Positions 1-9,250 of a stretch of DNA of 64,000 nucleotides are shown here, piece by piece. How positions within the stretch are numbered: position 1 is the stretch's first letter; each line of letters begins with the position of its first letter. Origin of the DNA: an uncultured Thermoleophilia bacterium (GTDB lineage: Bacteria; Actinomycetota; Thermoleophilia; UBA2241); NCBI GenBank assembly GCA_963791345.1, contig CAWBRS010000021.1:208225-272224 (forward strand), written 5' to 3'. Position numbers and translations under genes: made by a program. The notes under the pieces were generated by a model that was not told the origin of the DNA, ran no database searches, and saw only the letters and a program-made list of their open reading frames with translations.

Positions 1-109
1 GCCAGCAGGTACGACCCGCCGTAGGGCATCTGCGGCAGGTACAGCGTGCGGCCCTGGAGGCCGAACGCCTCGACCAGCTTCTGGAGCTTCGGGTCTGTGG
101 CTCGTCGCC
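1..109 (-). CDS. Partial acyl-CoA dehydratase/activase-related segment; either a continuation of the activase or a separate downstream gene
   Basis: The minus-strand translation ..KLQKLVEAFGLQGRTLYLPQMPYGGSYLL runs off the window edge. No clean start codon follows the activase TGA at 110-112. Confidence 0.3.
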
Positions 110-3100
110 TCAGACACGGCCGAGCGGCACCTCCTCGGCGGCCGGCGCGCACGGCCGGCTCGTCGCCCTGCGACCACCAGCGCAGGAAGCCCTTGCTGTC
201 GAGATAGGCCTCGCAGCGGGTCATCGCCCCGGCGTCGTTCTGGTGCTCGTCGAACTGCAGCGTGAGGAACGGCTTGCCCGAGGCCTCGCGCACGTAGTGC
301 TTGATGTAGGAGTCGGGGCCGCACTTGAAGTTGGTCAGGTAGATCAGGTGCAGGTGCTCGCGGTCGTGCACGAAGCGCGCCGCCTGGAGGATCTTGCGCC
401 CGTAGTTCCAGTACATGTTGGGGACGATGTCGCTGACGTCGAGGCCCGCGAGCGGCAGGAAGTCGAGCGGGATCAGGTTGACCCCGTAGAACTTGCGCAG
501 CTTGCGCGGGATGTCCATGTTGACGCCCTTGTCGTACATGTTGTACGGCCGGCCCATGAGGACGATGCCGAGCTCGCCGGCCGCCTCGAGAGTGGCCAGC
601 GCCTCGGCGCCGGCGGCGGCGAGACGGTCACGGAAGGCGTCGTGGGCCGCGGTGGCGGCGTCGAGCGCCGCGGCCACCCGCGACTTGTCGACGCCGAGAG
701 GGCCGGTGAGCTCGGAGAGGTCGCGCAGGAGGCCCTCGCGCCCGTCGCGGAAGCGCACGCGAGGGCTCAGGATCTTCTCGATGTGGTCCTCGATGCGCGG
801 CGCCCGGCGGATGACGAAGGGCAGCGTCTGGCCCCAGGGGCAGGCGTGCGAGTTGAACTGCGGGAACTCGGTCTCCTCGTTGACCACGTTGGGCACGAAG
901 ACCCAGTCGACGCCCTCGCGCAGGAGCCACTCGACGTGCCCGTGGGCGACGCGGATCGGGAAGCAGGGCTCGGCGACGGTGAGGTCGACGCCCGCCTCGC
1001 GGATCGCCTTGTCGCTCTCCGGGGAGAGCACCGGGCGCAGCCCGAGGTGGGCGAAGAACGTCGCCCAGTACGGGCAGCCGGTCGTAGGTGTACATGGCGC
1101 GCGGCAGGCCGACCGTCGGGGCCGCCGCGCCGGCGCGCTCGACGGCGGCCCGGTACGGCTCGAGCATCGCCTCTTCGCGCAGCGCGATGAGGTCGGCGAT
1201 GACCGGCTCCTTGTCGACCTTGGCCGGCTTGCGGTAGCGGTCGGAGCATTTGTCGCCCCAGTACGTCTTCGTGCCCTCCACGGTGAACTGGCGCACGTCG
1301 CACTCGTTGGTGCAGCCCTTGCAGACGAAGTCGACGACCGTGTAGTCGACCTCGTCGAGATCCCAGCCGCGGAAGGTCGTCGGCTCGCCGGTGCGCTGGG
1401 CGCGCTCGCGGGCGAGCAGCGCCATGCCGAGCGCGCCCATGACGCCGTTGTAGGGCGGCACGACGATCTCCTTGCCGAGGATCTGCGAGAAGGCCGCGGC
1501 GACGGAGTCGTTGTAGGCCGTGCCGCCCTGGAAGAAGATGCCGTCGCCGACCGTGCGCTCGCGCACCAGCCGGTTCAGGTAGTTGTAGGCGATCGAGAAG
1601 GCGAGACCGGCGACGAGGTCCTCCTTGCGCGCGCCGCGCTGCTGGAAGGCCATGACGTCGCGCTCCATGAACACCGTGCAGCGCTCGCCGAGGCGGATCG
1701 GCGCCGCCGAGGAGAGGGCCAGCTCGGCGAACTCGCCGATGATCTGGATGCCGAGCTTCTCGGCCTGCTCCTCGAGGAACGAGCCCGTGCCGGCGGCGCA
1801 GGCCTCGTTCATGGCGAAGTCGACGACGATGCCGTCCTGCAGGGAGATGAACTTCGAGTCCTGGCCGCCGATCTCGAAGATCGTGTCGACCGTGCGGCCG
1901 ATCTGCCGGGCGATGAAGTCGGCGCCCGTCTTGTGGGCGGTGATCTCGTCGGTGACGAGGTCGGCCCCGCGTGAGCTCGCCGATCAGCTCGCGCCCGGAG
2001 CCGGTCGTGCCGACCCCGCGCAGGCGGATGCGGTCGCCGAGCTCGTCGCGGATCTCGGCGAGGCCCTTGTTGACGACCTCGACCGGGCGCGCGTCGGTCT
2101 TGGTGTAGATCTCCTTGAGCACGTCGACCCTGCTCGTCGGCGACGACGAGGTTGGTCGAGACCGAGCCGACGTCGATGCCCAGGTAGACGTCGACCGGCA
2201 GCGTCTCGGGCCACTCGTAGGGCGTCGCCATGTCGCGCAGCAGGCGCACGCGCTCCATCGACGAGCGGTTCGGCGACCGGGAACTCGGCGGCCGGCAGGC
2301 GCCCCTCGTCGAGGGCGACGGCGCCGCGCTCGCGGGCCTCGCTGCGCTCGGCCTCGAGCAGCGCGGCCCCGACGGCGCCCATGCGAGGAGTGGTACTCGG
2401 GCACGATCAGGCCGCCGTCGTCGAAGCCGAAGGCCTCGCGCAGGGCGCGCACGGCGCCCTCGTTGGCGGCGACCCCGCCGATGAACGCCACCGGCGGCTC
2501 GACCAGCTTGCCCTTGGTGATGGCGCCCTTGAAGTTGCGGATCACGGCGTCGCAGAGGCCGCGCAGCACCTCGGGCGGCTCGTAGCCCTTCTGCTGGGCG
2601 TGGATCATGTCGCTCTTGGCGAAGACGCTGCAGCGCCCGGCGATGCTGGCCGCCTTGCCGGCGCCGAGCACGATGTCGCCGACGTCCTCGATCTCGTAGA
2701 GCAGGCGGCTCGCCTGCTGGTCCATGAAGGAGCCGGTGCCGGCGGCGCAGTCGCCGTTGCTCTGGTAGTCGGCGATGCCGACCGAGCCGCCGTCGCAGGC
2801 CGCCTCGAGGCGGATGAACTTGGAGGTCTCGCCGCCCATCTCGAAGACGGTGACGACGTCGGGGTGCAGGGCGGCGACCCCGCGGGTGATGGCCTTGAAC
2901 TCGTTCTCGAAGTCGGCCTCGAGCGCCTCGCCCACGAGGCGGCCGCCGGAGCCCGTCACGCGCACGCCGGCGATGGCGCCGTCGGGCAGGGCGGGGCGCA
3001 GGTCGTCGAGGAGGCGCTGGACGGCCTCGCTCGGGCTCCCCTTGATGCGCCGGTAGGCGACGACGAGCAGCGGCCGGCCGTCGACCAGGGTGAGCCCGTC

Positions 3101-3226
3101 GGACGGGGCCTGGAAGAGGGCGGCGTGGTCGCGCAGCAGCCGCTCGTACAGCCCGACGTCGTCGGCACGGCCCACGAGGGCGGCCTTCAGACTGATGCAG
3201 CCGATATCGATACCGAGCCAGGTCAT
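110..3226 (-). CDS. CoA-substrate-specific enzyme activase with two BcrAD/BadFG-type ATPase modules and a dehydratase-like C-terminal region; frameshifted as sequenced
   Basis: Motifs MTWLGIDIGCISLKAA, NGDCAAGTGSFMDQQA, VYLGIDVGSVSTNLVV and MNEACAAGTGSFLEEQAEKLG are present. Downstream motifs include FVCKGCTNECD and, read from the DNA, NFKCGPDSY. The frame switches near 2390, 2135, 1965 and 1085; the 1085 break is an extra C in a C-run. Confidence 0.8.
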
Positions 3227-3596
3227 GGGGGTGACATCGAGCCTCCGCGAGGGGTCACTGCCGCCCGGTAGCGTACCCGCCCGCGGCGGCCCGTCGCAAC
3301 CGGGAAGCAGGACGGCGGCGGTCCGGCTTCTCGACCGGCCTCCGGGGCGCGCGGCGACCCGCGGCGAGCGGGCGAAGACGGCGGCGGCCGCTCCGGGGGC
3401 CGCGGAAGGTCGGGGGCCGCGCACCCTCGTAGAGGTGGCGCCGCTTCGGCCCGCCGCGGCGCGATCGTGCACCCCGGCGGACGCGTGACGTCATCCCCCC
3501 TACCCCATCGTCGACCTTCGCGGCCGGGCGGCGCGCCCGTAGCATCGGTGGCGCGCCGGCCGGCGTCATCGGCACTCACACGACAGGGGGTCACCC

Positions 3597-4391
3597 GTGG
3601 ACCAAGCCACCCCGCTCACCAACAGCGAGCGCCGCGACGACGTCGCCTACCTCGCCGAGTCCTTCGCCGCCGCCGCCCGCCGACCCACGCCCGTCCTCGA
3701 CGACGAGGCCTGCGCGCGGTTCGCCGAGGCCGACGCCGACGAGCAGGCGAGTCTCTTCTTCACGCTGCTCTGCTACGGCGCCCTCGCCGCCCAGCCGGCG
3801 CCCGAAGCCGTCGTCGACGCCGACTGGCGGCGCTTCGTCGACGCCGACGTCGTCGGGCGCGTCTTCGCCGGCGAGTTCGACCTGCGCGACTACGCCATCG
3901 ACCCGCCGGTCTCGCGCAGCGACAGCAAGGGCAAGATCATCGACTTCGTGCGCCTCGCCGAGACGCGCGACACCTGGTCGCGCCTGCTCCCGCAGCCGGC
4001 CGAGCCCGAGGTCGTCGTCGACGTCCTCTACGCCGCTTCCGGCGGCGCGCTCAAGTCGCGCGCCTTCTGGGTCGTGCGCGAGATGCGCCGCCTCGGCCTC
4101 TGGCATGAGGAGGCGCTCGACCGCTTCGCCTTCGTGCCCGACGGGCGCGTGCGCAAGCGCTCGGTGCGCATGGGGCTGATCGACCTCCCCGAGAAGGCCG
4201 ACACCTTCGCCGACATGAAGGCCGTCTCCCGCGCCCTGCACGCCGTCATGCGCCTCAACGGCGACGGCGCCGCGGGGTTCGACCTGCCGGTGAGCTGGGC
4301 GGCGCAGCGCTGCGAGCTCTGCGACGCCGCCCGCATGGCCTCGTGCCCCGTGCCGCACTGCCGCTGGCGGCGCAGCCACGCGGCGGCCTGA
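3597..4391 (+). CDS. Hypothetical protein, possibly HhH-GPD-like, with a C-terminal CX2CX7CX4C cluster
   Basis: Intact 264-aa ORF with a GTG start after AGGGGG. FVPDGRVRKRSVRMGLID resembles the PVDTHVxRVxxRLGL helix-hairpin-helix segment of EndoIII-type glycosylases. The C-terminus reads CELCDAARMASCPVPHC. Confidence 0.55.
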   Translation: MDQATPLTNSERRDDVAYLAESFAAAARRPTPVLDDEACARFAEADADEQASLFFTLLCYGALAAQPAPEAVVDADWRRFVDADVVGRVFAGEFDLRDYAIDPPVSRSDSKGKIIDFVRLAETRDTWSRLLPQPAEPEVVVDVLYAASGGALKSRAFWVVREMRRLGLWHEEALDRFAFVPDGRVRKRSVRMGLIDLPEKADTFADMKAVSRALHAVMRLNGDGAAGFDLPVSWAAQRCELCDAARMASCPVPHCRWRRSHAAA

Positions 4392-4473
4392 CGACGGGGC
4401 GGGCCGGTCGCGTCCACGCCGGCGCGATCGCCGCGTGAAGGCGGTGCGGCCGGTCGGGTCGCGGCGCACGAGC

Positions 4474-4511
4474 GAGGCCGGAGCGGGCGGGTATCCGCCC
4501 GCTCCGGCCTC
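4474..4511. terminator. GC-rich hairpin between convergent genes
   Basis: Perfect 17-bp stem gaggccggagcgggcgg / ccgcccgctccggcctc with a 4-nt loop. There is no U-tract. Confidence 0.5.
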
Positions 4512-4515
4512 GCCG

Positions 4516-7038
4516 TCACAGCACCGTGATCACGCACCTCTTGACTTCGTACTGCGGGTTGCCGGCCTGGTCGACCGCCTTGAAGGTGGCGATGTACTTG
4601 CGCCGCGCCGGCGGCGTCCAGGCGGCGACGTGCGTCACGCCGGTGGTCACCCAGCCGAGGTAGAGCATCTTCACCACGACGCCGTCGCTGGCCCGCGCGA
4701 TGGTCACCGTCACCTTGGCCGTCGGGCTCCAGGCGTCGGACACGCTGTAGCGCATGCGCACCGTCGAGCCCAGGGTCACCGCTGCGGTCAGCGGCGCCGT
4801 GATGCGCGGCTTGGTGCGGTCGAGCGTCACGTTCTTGGCGACCGTCGAGGCTCCGAGCGCGCCGACCGCCTCGACCCGGGCGCGGTACACCTCGCTGGCG
4901 AGGGCGAGGCCGGCGTCGTCGAGCCCGTCCCAGGTCACGCCGTGCACCCCGGCGGCGAGCTCGCCGAGCTCGAGCGTGCGCACGACGACACCGTCGAGCA
5001 GGATCAGGGCGCGCGTCGTCGCCGGGCGCGTGAGCGTGAACCCCAGCAGCGTCTCGTCCTTCACCGCGTCGCCGTTGGGCGAGAACGAGGGTGGCGCGGG
5101 CGTGAGGTAGCCGACCGTCAGGTCGAGCCGCACGGGCAAGACCGTCACGCCCGTGTTGCCCGCCGGGTCGCGCACCTCGAGCTTGACCTGGTAGGCCCCC
5201 TCCGGCGCGCGCTTGAGCACGTCGTCGACGGGGATCTTGCCGTCCCACGGCACGGTCACGCGCGTCGTGCCGACGCTCTTCCAGCCGACGAGCTTGATCA
5301 GGAGCGTGCCTGCCTCGTCGAGCACCGAGACCCGCATGACGACCGGCTCGGCGCACTTGAACTTGAGGCGGGCGGTGTCGATGAAGGCGTCCCCGTTCGG
5401 GCTGAAGAACTGGGACCCCATGGCGCACTCGACCGGCACGGGGGCGGCCGTGTCGACCACGACCTCCATCGTCGCGGCCCGCGCCGTCCCCTGCGGGCTC
5501 GTCGCCGAGACCACCATCCGGTACGGGCCGTCGGGCACCACCGTGCCGGCGTCCGACATCCCGCCCCAGTCGGTGGAGACGTACTGGCCGCGGCCGGTCT
5601 TGGTGCGCACCACGGTCCCGTCGGCGGCCTTGACCTGCAGCGTCCAGTCGAGCACTTCGGAGCCGACGAAGCTCAGGGTGAGCCCGTCGCGGAAGTCGTC
5701 GCCGTTGGGGCTGATCACCGTGCGGGTGACCTTCACGTTGTAGATCTTCGGCAGCCCCATGCCGCCCACGGTCTTGCGCACGGCGGGCAGCAGCGCGTAG
5801 AAGGCGTCTCCCGGGCAGGCCGTGTAGTTCGCGTTGCGGTGGCCGGAGATGACGTTGAAGGTCACGGTCGAACCCTCCGTGTACTTCTGCGTCGCATAGC
5901 AGACCATCTCGGCCTTCGCCACGGGGTTGATGTGGTGCACGTCGAGCTTCCACGCCAGGAGGCGCTTGAGCGAGGTCATGGCGGCGCTCGGCGGAGTCAC
6001 GGTGCCGAAGCTCCCGATGACCGAGATGCCGGTGCTCGAGGTGTTGAACCCGTACGTCTGGGCGCCGATCGGCGCGTTGGTGATCCCGCCGTAACGGCCC
6101 TCGTAGATGACCCCGTAGCGGTCGATCAGGAAGTTGTAGCCGATGTCGCTCCAGTCGAGCGCGTGCGTGTGGTAGTAGTAGATGCCGCGCACGATGGCCG
6201 GGGCGTCGGCGGCCGAGTACGAGTTGCTCCCGGCGGTGTGGTGCACGAAGGCCATCTTGAGGGGCGCGAAGTCGGGGCTGCCCGTGCGCCAGTCCTCGTT
6301 GGCCCCCCACTGGCTGCGCAGCATGATGGCCGGCTTCGTGGTCATCGCCTGCGCCTCGGGTGCCGGGGTGAGGCCGCCGAGCGTGCAGGCGACGCTCCGC
6401 GCCGCGTTCGTGAGCGTGTCCGCCAGCGTCGCGTCACCGCTCGTGTTGAGGAAGACGAGGCGCGGCCCCGGCACCCGGCGACGGGTCCCGTCCGCCGCCG
6501 TCACCGCGACCTGCACGAAGCGCGCCTCGCCCAGCCAGACCGGGTCGGTGAAGGCGCGCGGGGCCTGCCCGCCCTCCTCGGCGACGCGCTCGACGGGCGC
6601 CGCGACCCACTCGCCCCAGGAGCGGCCGTCGGCGCTGGCCCTGAAGTGCACGGTGAGCGCGTCGACGCCGGCGGCGTCGTCGCAGAGGAGGCCGACCATC
6701 TCGTAGCGCATGCCGGCGTCGATGCGACTCACGGCCGCGCCGGCGGGCGGCGCGTCCGTCACCGCCGCGGGGTCCGCCGCCGCGTCGGCCAGCTTCTCTG
6801 CCGTCGCACCGGCGGCCGCCTCGGCGGCCGTGCCGCCCGCCGCTTCAGCGGCGCGCGTGACGATGAGGGGGTCTTCGGGGGCGACGGTCTTCGCCCGCAC
6901 CGGCGGCGCCGTGAGCCACGCGGCCGCAGCGGCGCTGACGCGCGGCACCGACCACAGGGCGCCCAGGGCGAGGCCGGTGACGATCGTGACGGCCGCGAAA
7001 CGACGGGCGCGGCCGGAGATGGCGGACGTCGCTCTCAT
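4516..7038 (-). CDS. Secreted N-acetylmuramoyl-L-alanine amidase (Amidase_2/PGRP fold) with several FlgD-Ig-like repeats
   Basis: Intact 840-aa ORF with a GGGGGAG RBS and signal-like N-terminus RRFAAVTIVTGLALGALW. Amidase core motifs are FVHHTAGSN, GYNFLIDRYG and ISGHRNANYTACPG. Repeated ISPNGDDFRDG / FSPNGDAFIDT / FSPNGDAVKDE modules follow. Confidence 0.85.
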   Translation of the reverse strand: MRATSAISGRARRFAAVTIVTGLALGALWSVPRVSAAAAAWLTAPPVRAKTVAPEDPLIVTRAAEAAGGTAAEAAAGATAEKLADAAADPAAVTDAPPAGAAVSRIDAGMRYEMVGLLCDDAAGVDALTVHFRASADGRSWGEWVAAPVERVAEEGGQAPRAFTDPVWLGEARFVQVAVTAADGTRRRVPGPRLVFLNTSGDATLADTLTNAARSVACTLGGLTPAPEAQAMTTKPAIMLRSQWGANEDWRTGSPDFAPLKMAFVHHTAGSNSYSAADAPAIVRGIYYYHTHALDWSDIGYNFLIDRYGVIYEGRYGGITNAPIGAQTYGFNTSSTGISVIGSFGTVTPPSAAMTSLKRLLAWKLDVHHINPVAKAEMVCYATQKYTEGSTVTFNVISGHRNANYTACPGDAFYALLPAVRKTVGGMGLPKIYNVKVTRTVISPNGDDFRDGLTLSFVGSEVLDWTLQVKAADGTVVRTKTGRGQYVSTDWGGMSDAGTVVPDGPYRMVVSATSPQGTARAATMEVVVDTAAPVPVECAMGSQFFSPNGDAFIDTARLKFKCAEPVVMRVSVLDEAGTLLIKLVGWKSVGTTRVTVPWDGKIPVDDVLKRAPEGAYQVKLEVRDPAGNTGVTVLPVRLDLTVGYLTPAPPSFSPNGDAVKDETLLGFTLTRPATTRALILLDGVVVRTLELGELAAGVHGVTWDGLDDAGLALASEVYRARVEAVGALGASTVAKNVTLDRTKPRITAPLTAAVTLGSTVRMRYSVSDAWSPTAKVTVTIARASDGVVVKMLYLGWVTTGVTHVAAWTPPARRKYIATFKAVDQAGNPQYEVKRCVITVL

Positions 7039-7163
7039 GACTCCCCCTCAGTGTCGACAGCTGCGGCGGCTTGCCTTAGCCGCTCTTCGGCCCCGGAGAG
7101 CGCGATTCCTCCGTGCGGGCGCGGACCTCCGCCGGCGGGCGGGCGCGCGGACCTCCGCGTAAC

Positions 7164-7202
7164 GGGCGGGGGCGCCGGCGCTGCGCGCCGGCGCCCCCGC
7201 CC
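7164..7202 (-). terminator. GC-rich hairpin downstream of the radical SAM gene
   Basis: 17-bp stem gggcgggggcgccggcg / cgccggcgcccccgccc, located about 10 nt after the stop at 7212. Confidence 0.45.
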
Positions 7203-7211
7203 CAGGCCGCG

Positions 7212-8648
7212 TCAGTGGACGCCGACCGTCTCGTCATCCATCGTCTCGGCCCCGAGCGCACTGCGGCTCGCCACCGGGCCGTGCCCGTTGCCGCCGGCCT
7301 CGCGCCCGGCGACGTAGCAGTCCCAGACCGGGGCGTAGACCCGGTCGACCTCGGTCGAGTACTCGTCGATGTCGCGGCTCAGCTCGGTGAAGAGGCTCTC
7401 CGCCCCGGGGTGCGTCGGCCGGGCTCCGGTGAGCGCCATGATCTCCCGCGACTGGTGGGGGTTGTCGATGAGCATGCACGGCTTGAACAGGTTGTGGCTG
7501 AACGGCTGCCGGCTGCGGATCTCGCGGAAGAAGGGCGAGTTGAAGGCGTCGGCGAGACTCGTGTCGCGGATGTTGTCGGTGGCGAAGTGGGTGAAGATGC
7601 AGGGCTCGACCCAGCCCTCGCTGTCGATGTGCATGTAGTGCTTGCCGGCGATGCAGCCCTGGACGTACGGCGCGTCGCCCCAGAAGTCGACCGTGAAGAT
7701 GGGCTTCGTGTCGCGGAGGCGCCAGATGCCCTCGCGGAAGGCGTTGCGCTCCTCCGCCGTCAGCATCGGCGCCACGCTCGGGTCGCGGCCGATCGGCATG
7801 TAGAGGAAGTTCCAGCTGAGCACGGCCCCGCGGGCGACGAGCGGGTCGACCCACTCGTCGCTGACCAGCATGCGCCAGTTGTCGCGCGTCACCGTGGCCG
7901 AGTAGCCGTAGAGCACGCCGCGCTCGCCGAGCAGGTCCATCATCGCGAGGAGGTGGCGGTAGACGCCCTTGCCGCGGCGCGCGTCGGTCGACGCCTCGTC
8001 GCCCTCGAGGCTGAGCATGGGGGCGACGTTGCCGAGCCCGGCGAGCTCGTCGACCAGGCGCTCGTCGAGCAGCGTGCCGTTCGTGTACACCTGGAAGTAG
8101 CACTCCTGGTTCGCCGCCGCGAGATCGAGCAGCCCGTCGTACATGAACGGTTCGCCGCCGAGGATGGTGAAGAAGTAGACGCCCATCTCGTTGGCCTGCT
8201 CGACGATGCTCTGCAGCAGCTCGGGCTCGAGGTCCTGGTCGGGGGAGTACTCACCGGCGAAGCAGCCCGCGCAGCTCAGGTTGCAGCGCATGGTCGGGCT
8301 GATGAGGATCGTCGTCGGCGCCCAGAGACCCGGGGCCTGGGCCATGAACTCCTTCCGCTTGGCGACGCCGCGAAGAAGCGTGTTGATGATAAGGCACTCG
8401 ATGAAACGCTCGCGGCACTTCGGACTGAGGTCCCGGCTCACGTGGCGGGCGATGCCCAGGGCGGGGTGATCCGCCTCGATCTGGCCCTTGACGTGACGAA
8501 CGACGCCCTTGTACTCGTCGGGGGTGACCTTCTCGGCCAGCTGCATCGTACGCAGGATCTTCTTCTTGTCGCCGCTGCCGGCCATCTTCAGCATCTCGTT
8601 GATGATGCGTCGCTGCACGCTGCTGTAGAGGCCCGATGTGCGGCTCAT
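7212..8648 (-). CDS. Radical SAM enzyme with a C-terminal auxiliary-cluster (SPASM/twitch-like) region
   Basis: Intact ORF. The CNLSCAGC (CX3CX2C) motif follows ISPTMR. Later cysteines lie in GCIAGKHYMHIDSEGWVEPCIF..KPCM. The ATG at 8648 is preceded by GGAGGG. Confidence 0.85.
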   Translation of the reverse strand: MSRTSGLYSSVQRRIINEMLKMAGSGDKKKILRTMQLAEKVTPDEYKGVVRHVKGQIEADHPALGIARHVSRDLSPKCRERFIECLIINTLLRGVAKRKEFMAQAPGLWAPTTILISPTMRCNLSCAGCFAGEYSPDQDLEPELLQSIVEQANEMGVYFFTILGGEPFMYDGLLDLAAANQECYFQVYTNGTLLDERLVDELAGLGNVAPMLSLEGDEASTDARRGKGVYRHLLAMMDLLGERGVLYGYSATVTRDNWRMLVSDEWVDPLVARGAVLSWNFLYMPIGRDPSVAPMLTAEERNAFREGIWRLRDTKPIFTVDFWGDAPYVQGCIAGKHYMHIDSEGWVEPCIFTHFATDNIRDTSLADAFNSPFFREIRSRQPFSHNLFKPCMLIDNPHQSREIMALTGARPTHPGAESLFTELSRDIDEYSTEVDRVYAPVWDCYVAGREAGGNGHGPVASRSALGAETMDDETVGVH

Positions 8649-9037
8649 CGCACCCTCCCTCCCCTCCGCGCGGCCGCGCCCTACGGTCGCGCGGTGACGT
8701 CGTCGGCGGTGCACGGGCACGACCAGGGGCGCCGCCGCGGCCCGGACCGCGCCCTCGGCCCGCCGGTGCCCTCGGCCCGCCCGTGCAGGCGGCCGGTGTG
8801 CAAAGAGTCTACCACCCGAAGGGCCGCCCGAGCCTGTTGCGTGCCCGCCGTCGCACCGAACGGGTGCCGGCGGCCTCGAGGCGGCGGTACGGCGAGTGTC
8901 GCAGCGGGCGTGCCGGCGGGTGCCGGCGGGCGCTCAGGCGTACGCCGGCGGGCGCCGCAGCCGGGCCCGTCGCCCGGGCGGCTACACGTACCCTGCCAAT
9001 TCGTCTAAGGAGTCAGGCACGCGCGCCGATACAGACA

Positions 9038-9124
9038 CAGAGCGAGAAGGGCAAACCTGTCGTGAGGCAGGGACGCAAAGCCAGAGGTCTTGGATGCTCA
9101 AGATAGCTCGGTTGCCGAATTCAG
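9038..9124 (+). promoter_or_regulatory. Candidate c-di-GMP-I (GEMM-I) riboswitch aptamer
   Basis: GGGCAAACC (9049-9057), a 6-bp stem CCUGUC/GGCAGG closed by the GNRA loop GUGA, GGGACGCAAAGCC (9070-9082) and a 3' strand AUAGCUCGGUUGCCGAAU. This matches the Vc2-type signature as I remember it. It lies 127 nt upstream of the ATG at 9251. Confidence 0.7.
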
Positions 9125-9250
9125 ACACCGTGGTCTTCTGCCTCCACCCCTTGCCGCGCACTCCCGCCTCCCGGGCATCCTGAGACCGGTCGCCCGCTCG
9201 GCGCCCGGACGCGGGCGACGAGAGGAGCCCCCCGAGTGGAGGCGAGTGAG

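Noticed and set aside
243-7317. Very long alternate-frame or antisense ORFs from the track, for example 243-1190(+), 493-1974(+), 1625-3271(+), 4028-6310(-) and 4435-7317(+). Similar ones occur elsewhere: 19730-21085(+), 24924-27611(+), 27551-29989(+), 30482-32461(+), 40000-42513(+), 46139-47608(+), 48763-50220(-), 53572-55131(-) and 56263-58086(-).
   Set aside because: Their translations are Arg/Ala/Gly/Pro/Asp-rich low-complexity strings with no motifs. They mirror a convincingly conserved gene on the other strand or frame. Open frames of this length are expected in ~70% GC DNA.
8990-9130. My first impression was a c-di-AMP (ydaO-type) riboswitch upstream of the protease.
   Set aside because: The expected GGGGA.CCA / GGGGUGAAUC / CCGAA..AGCUAACC signature is absent. 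The sequence instead matches the c-di-GMP-I signature (GGGCAAACC...GGGACGCAAAGCC), and is reported as such.
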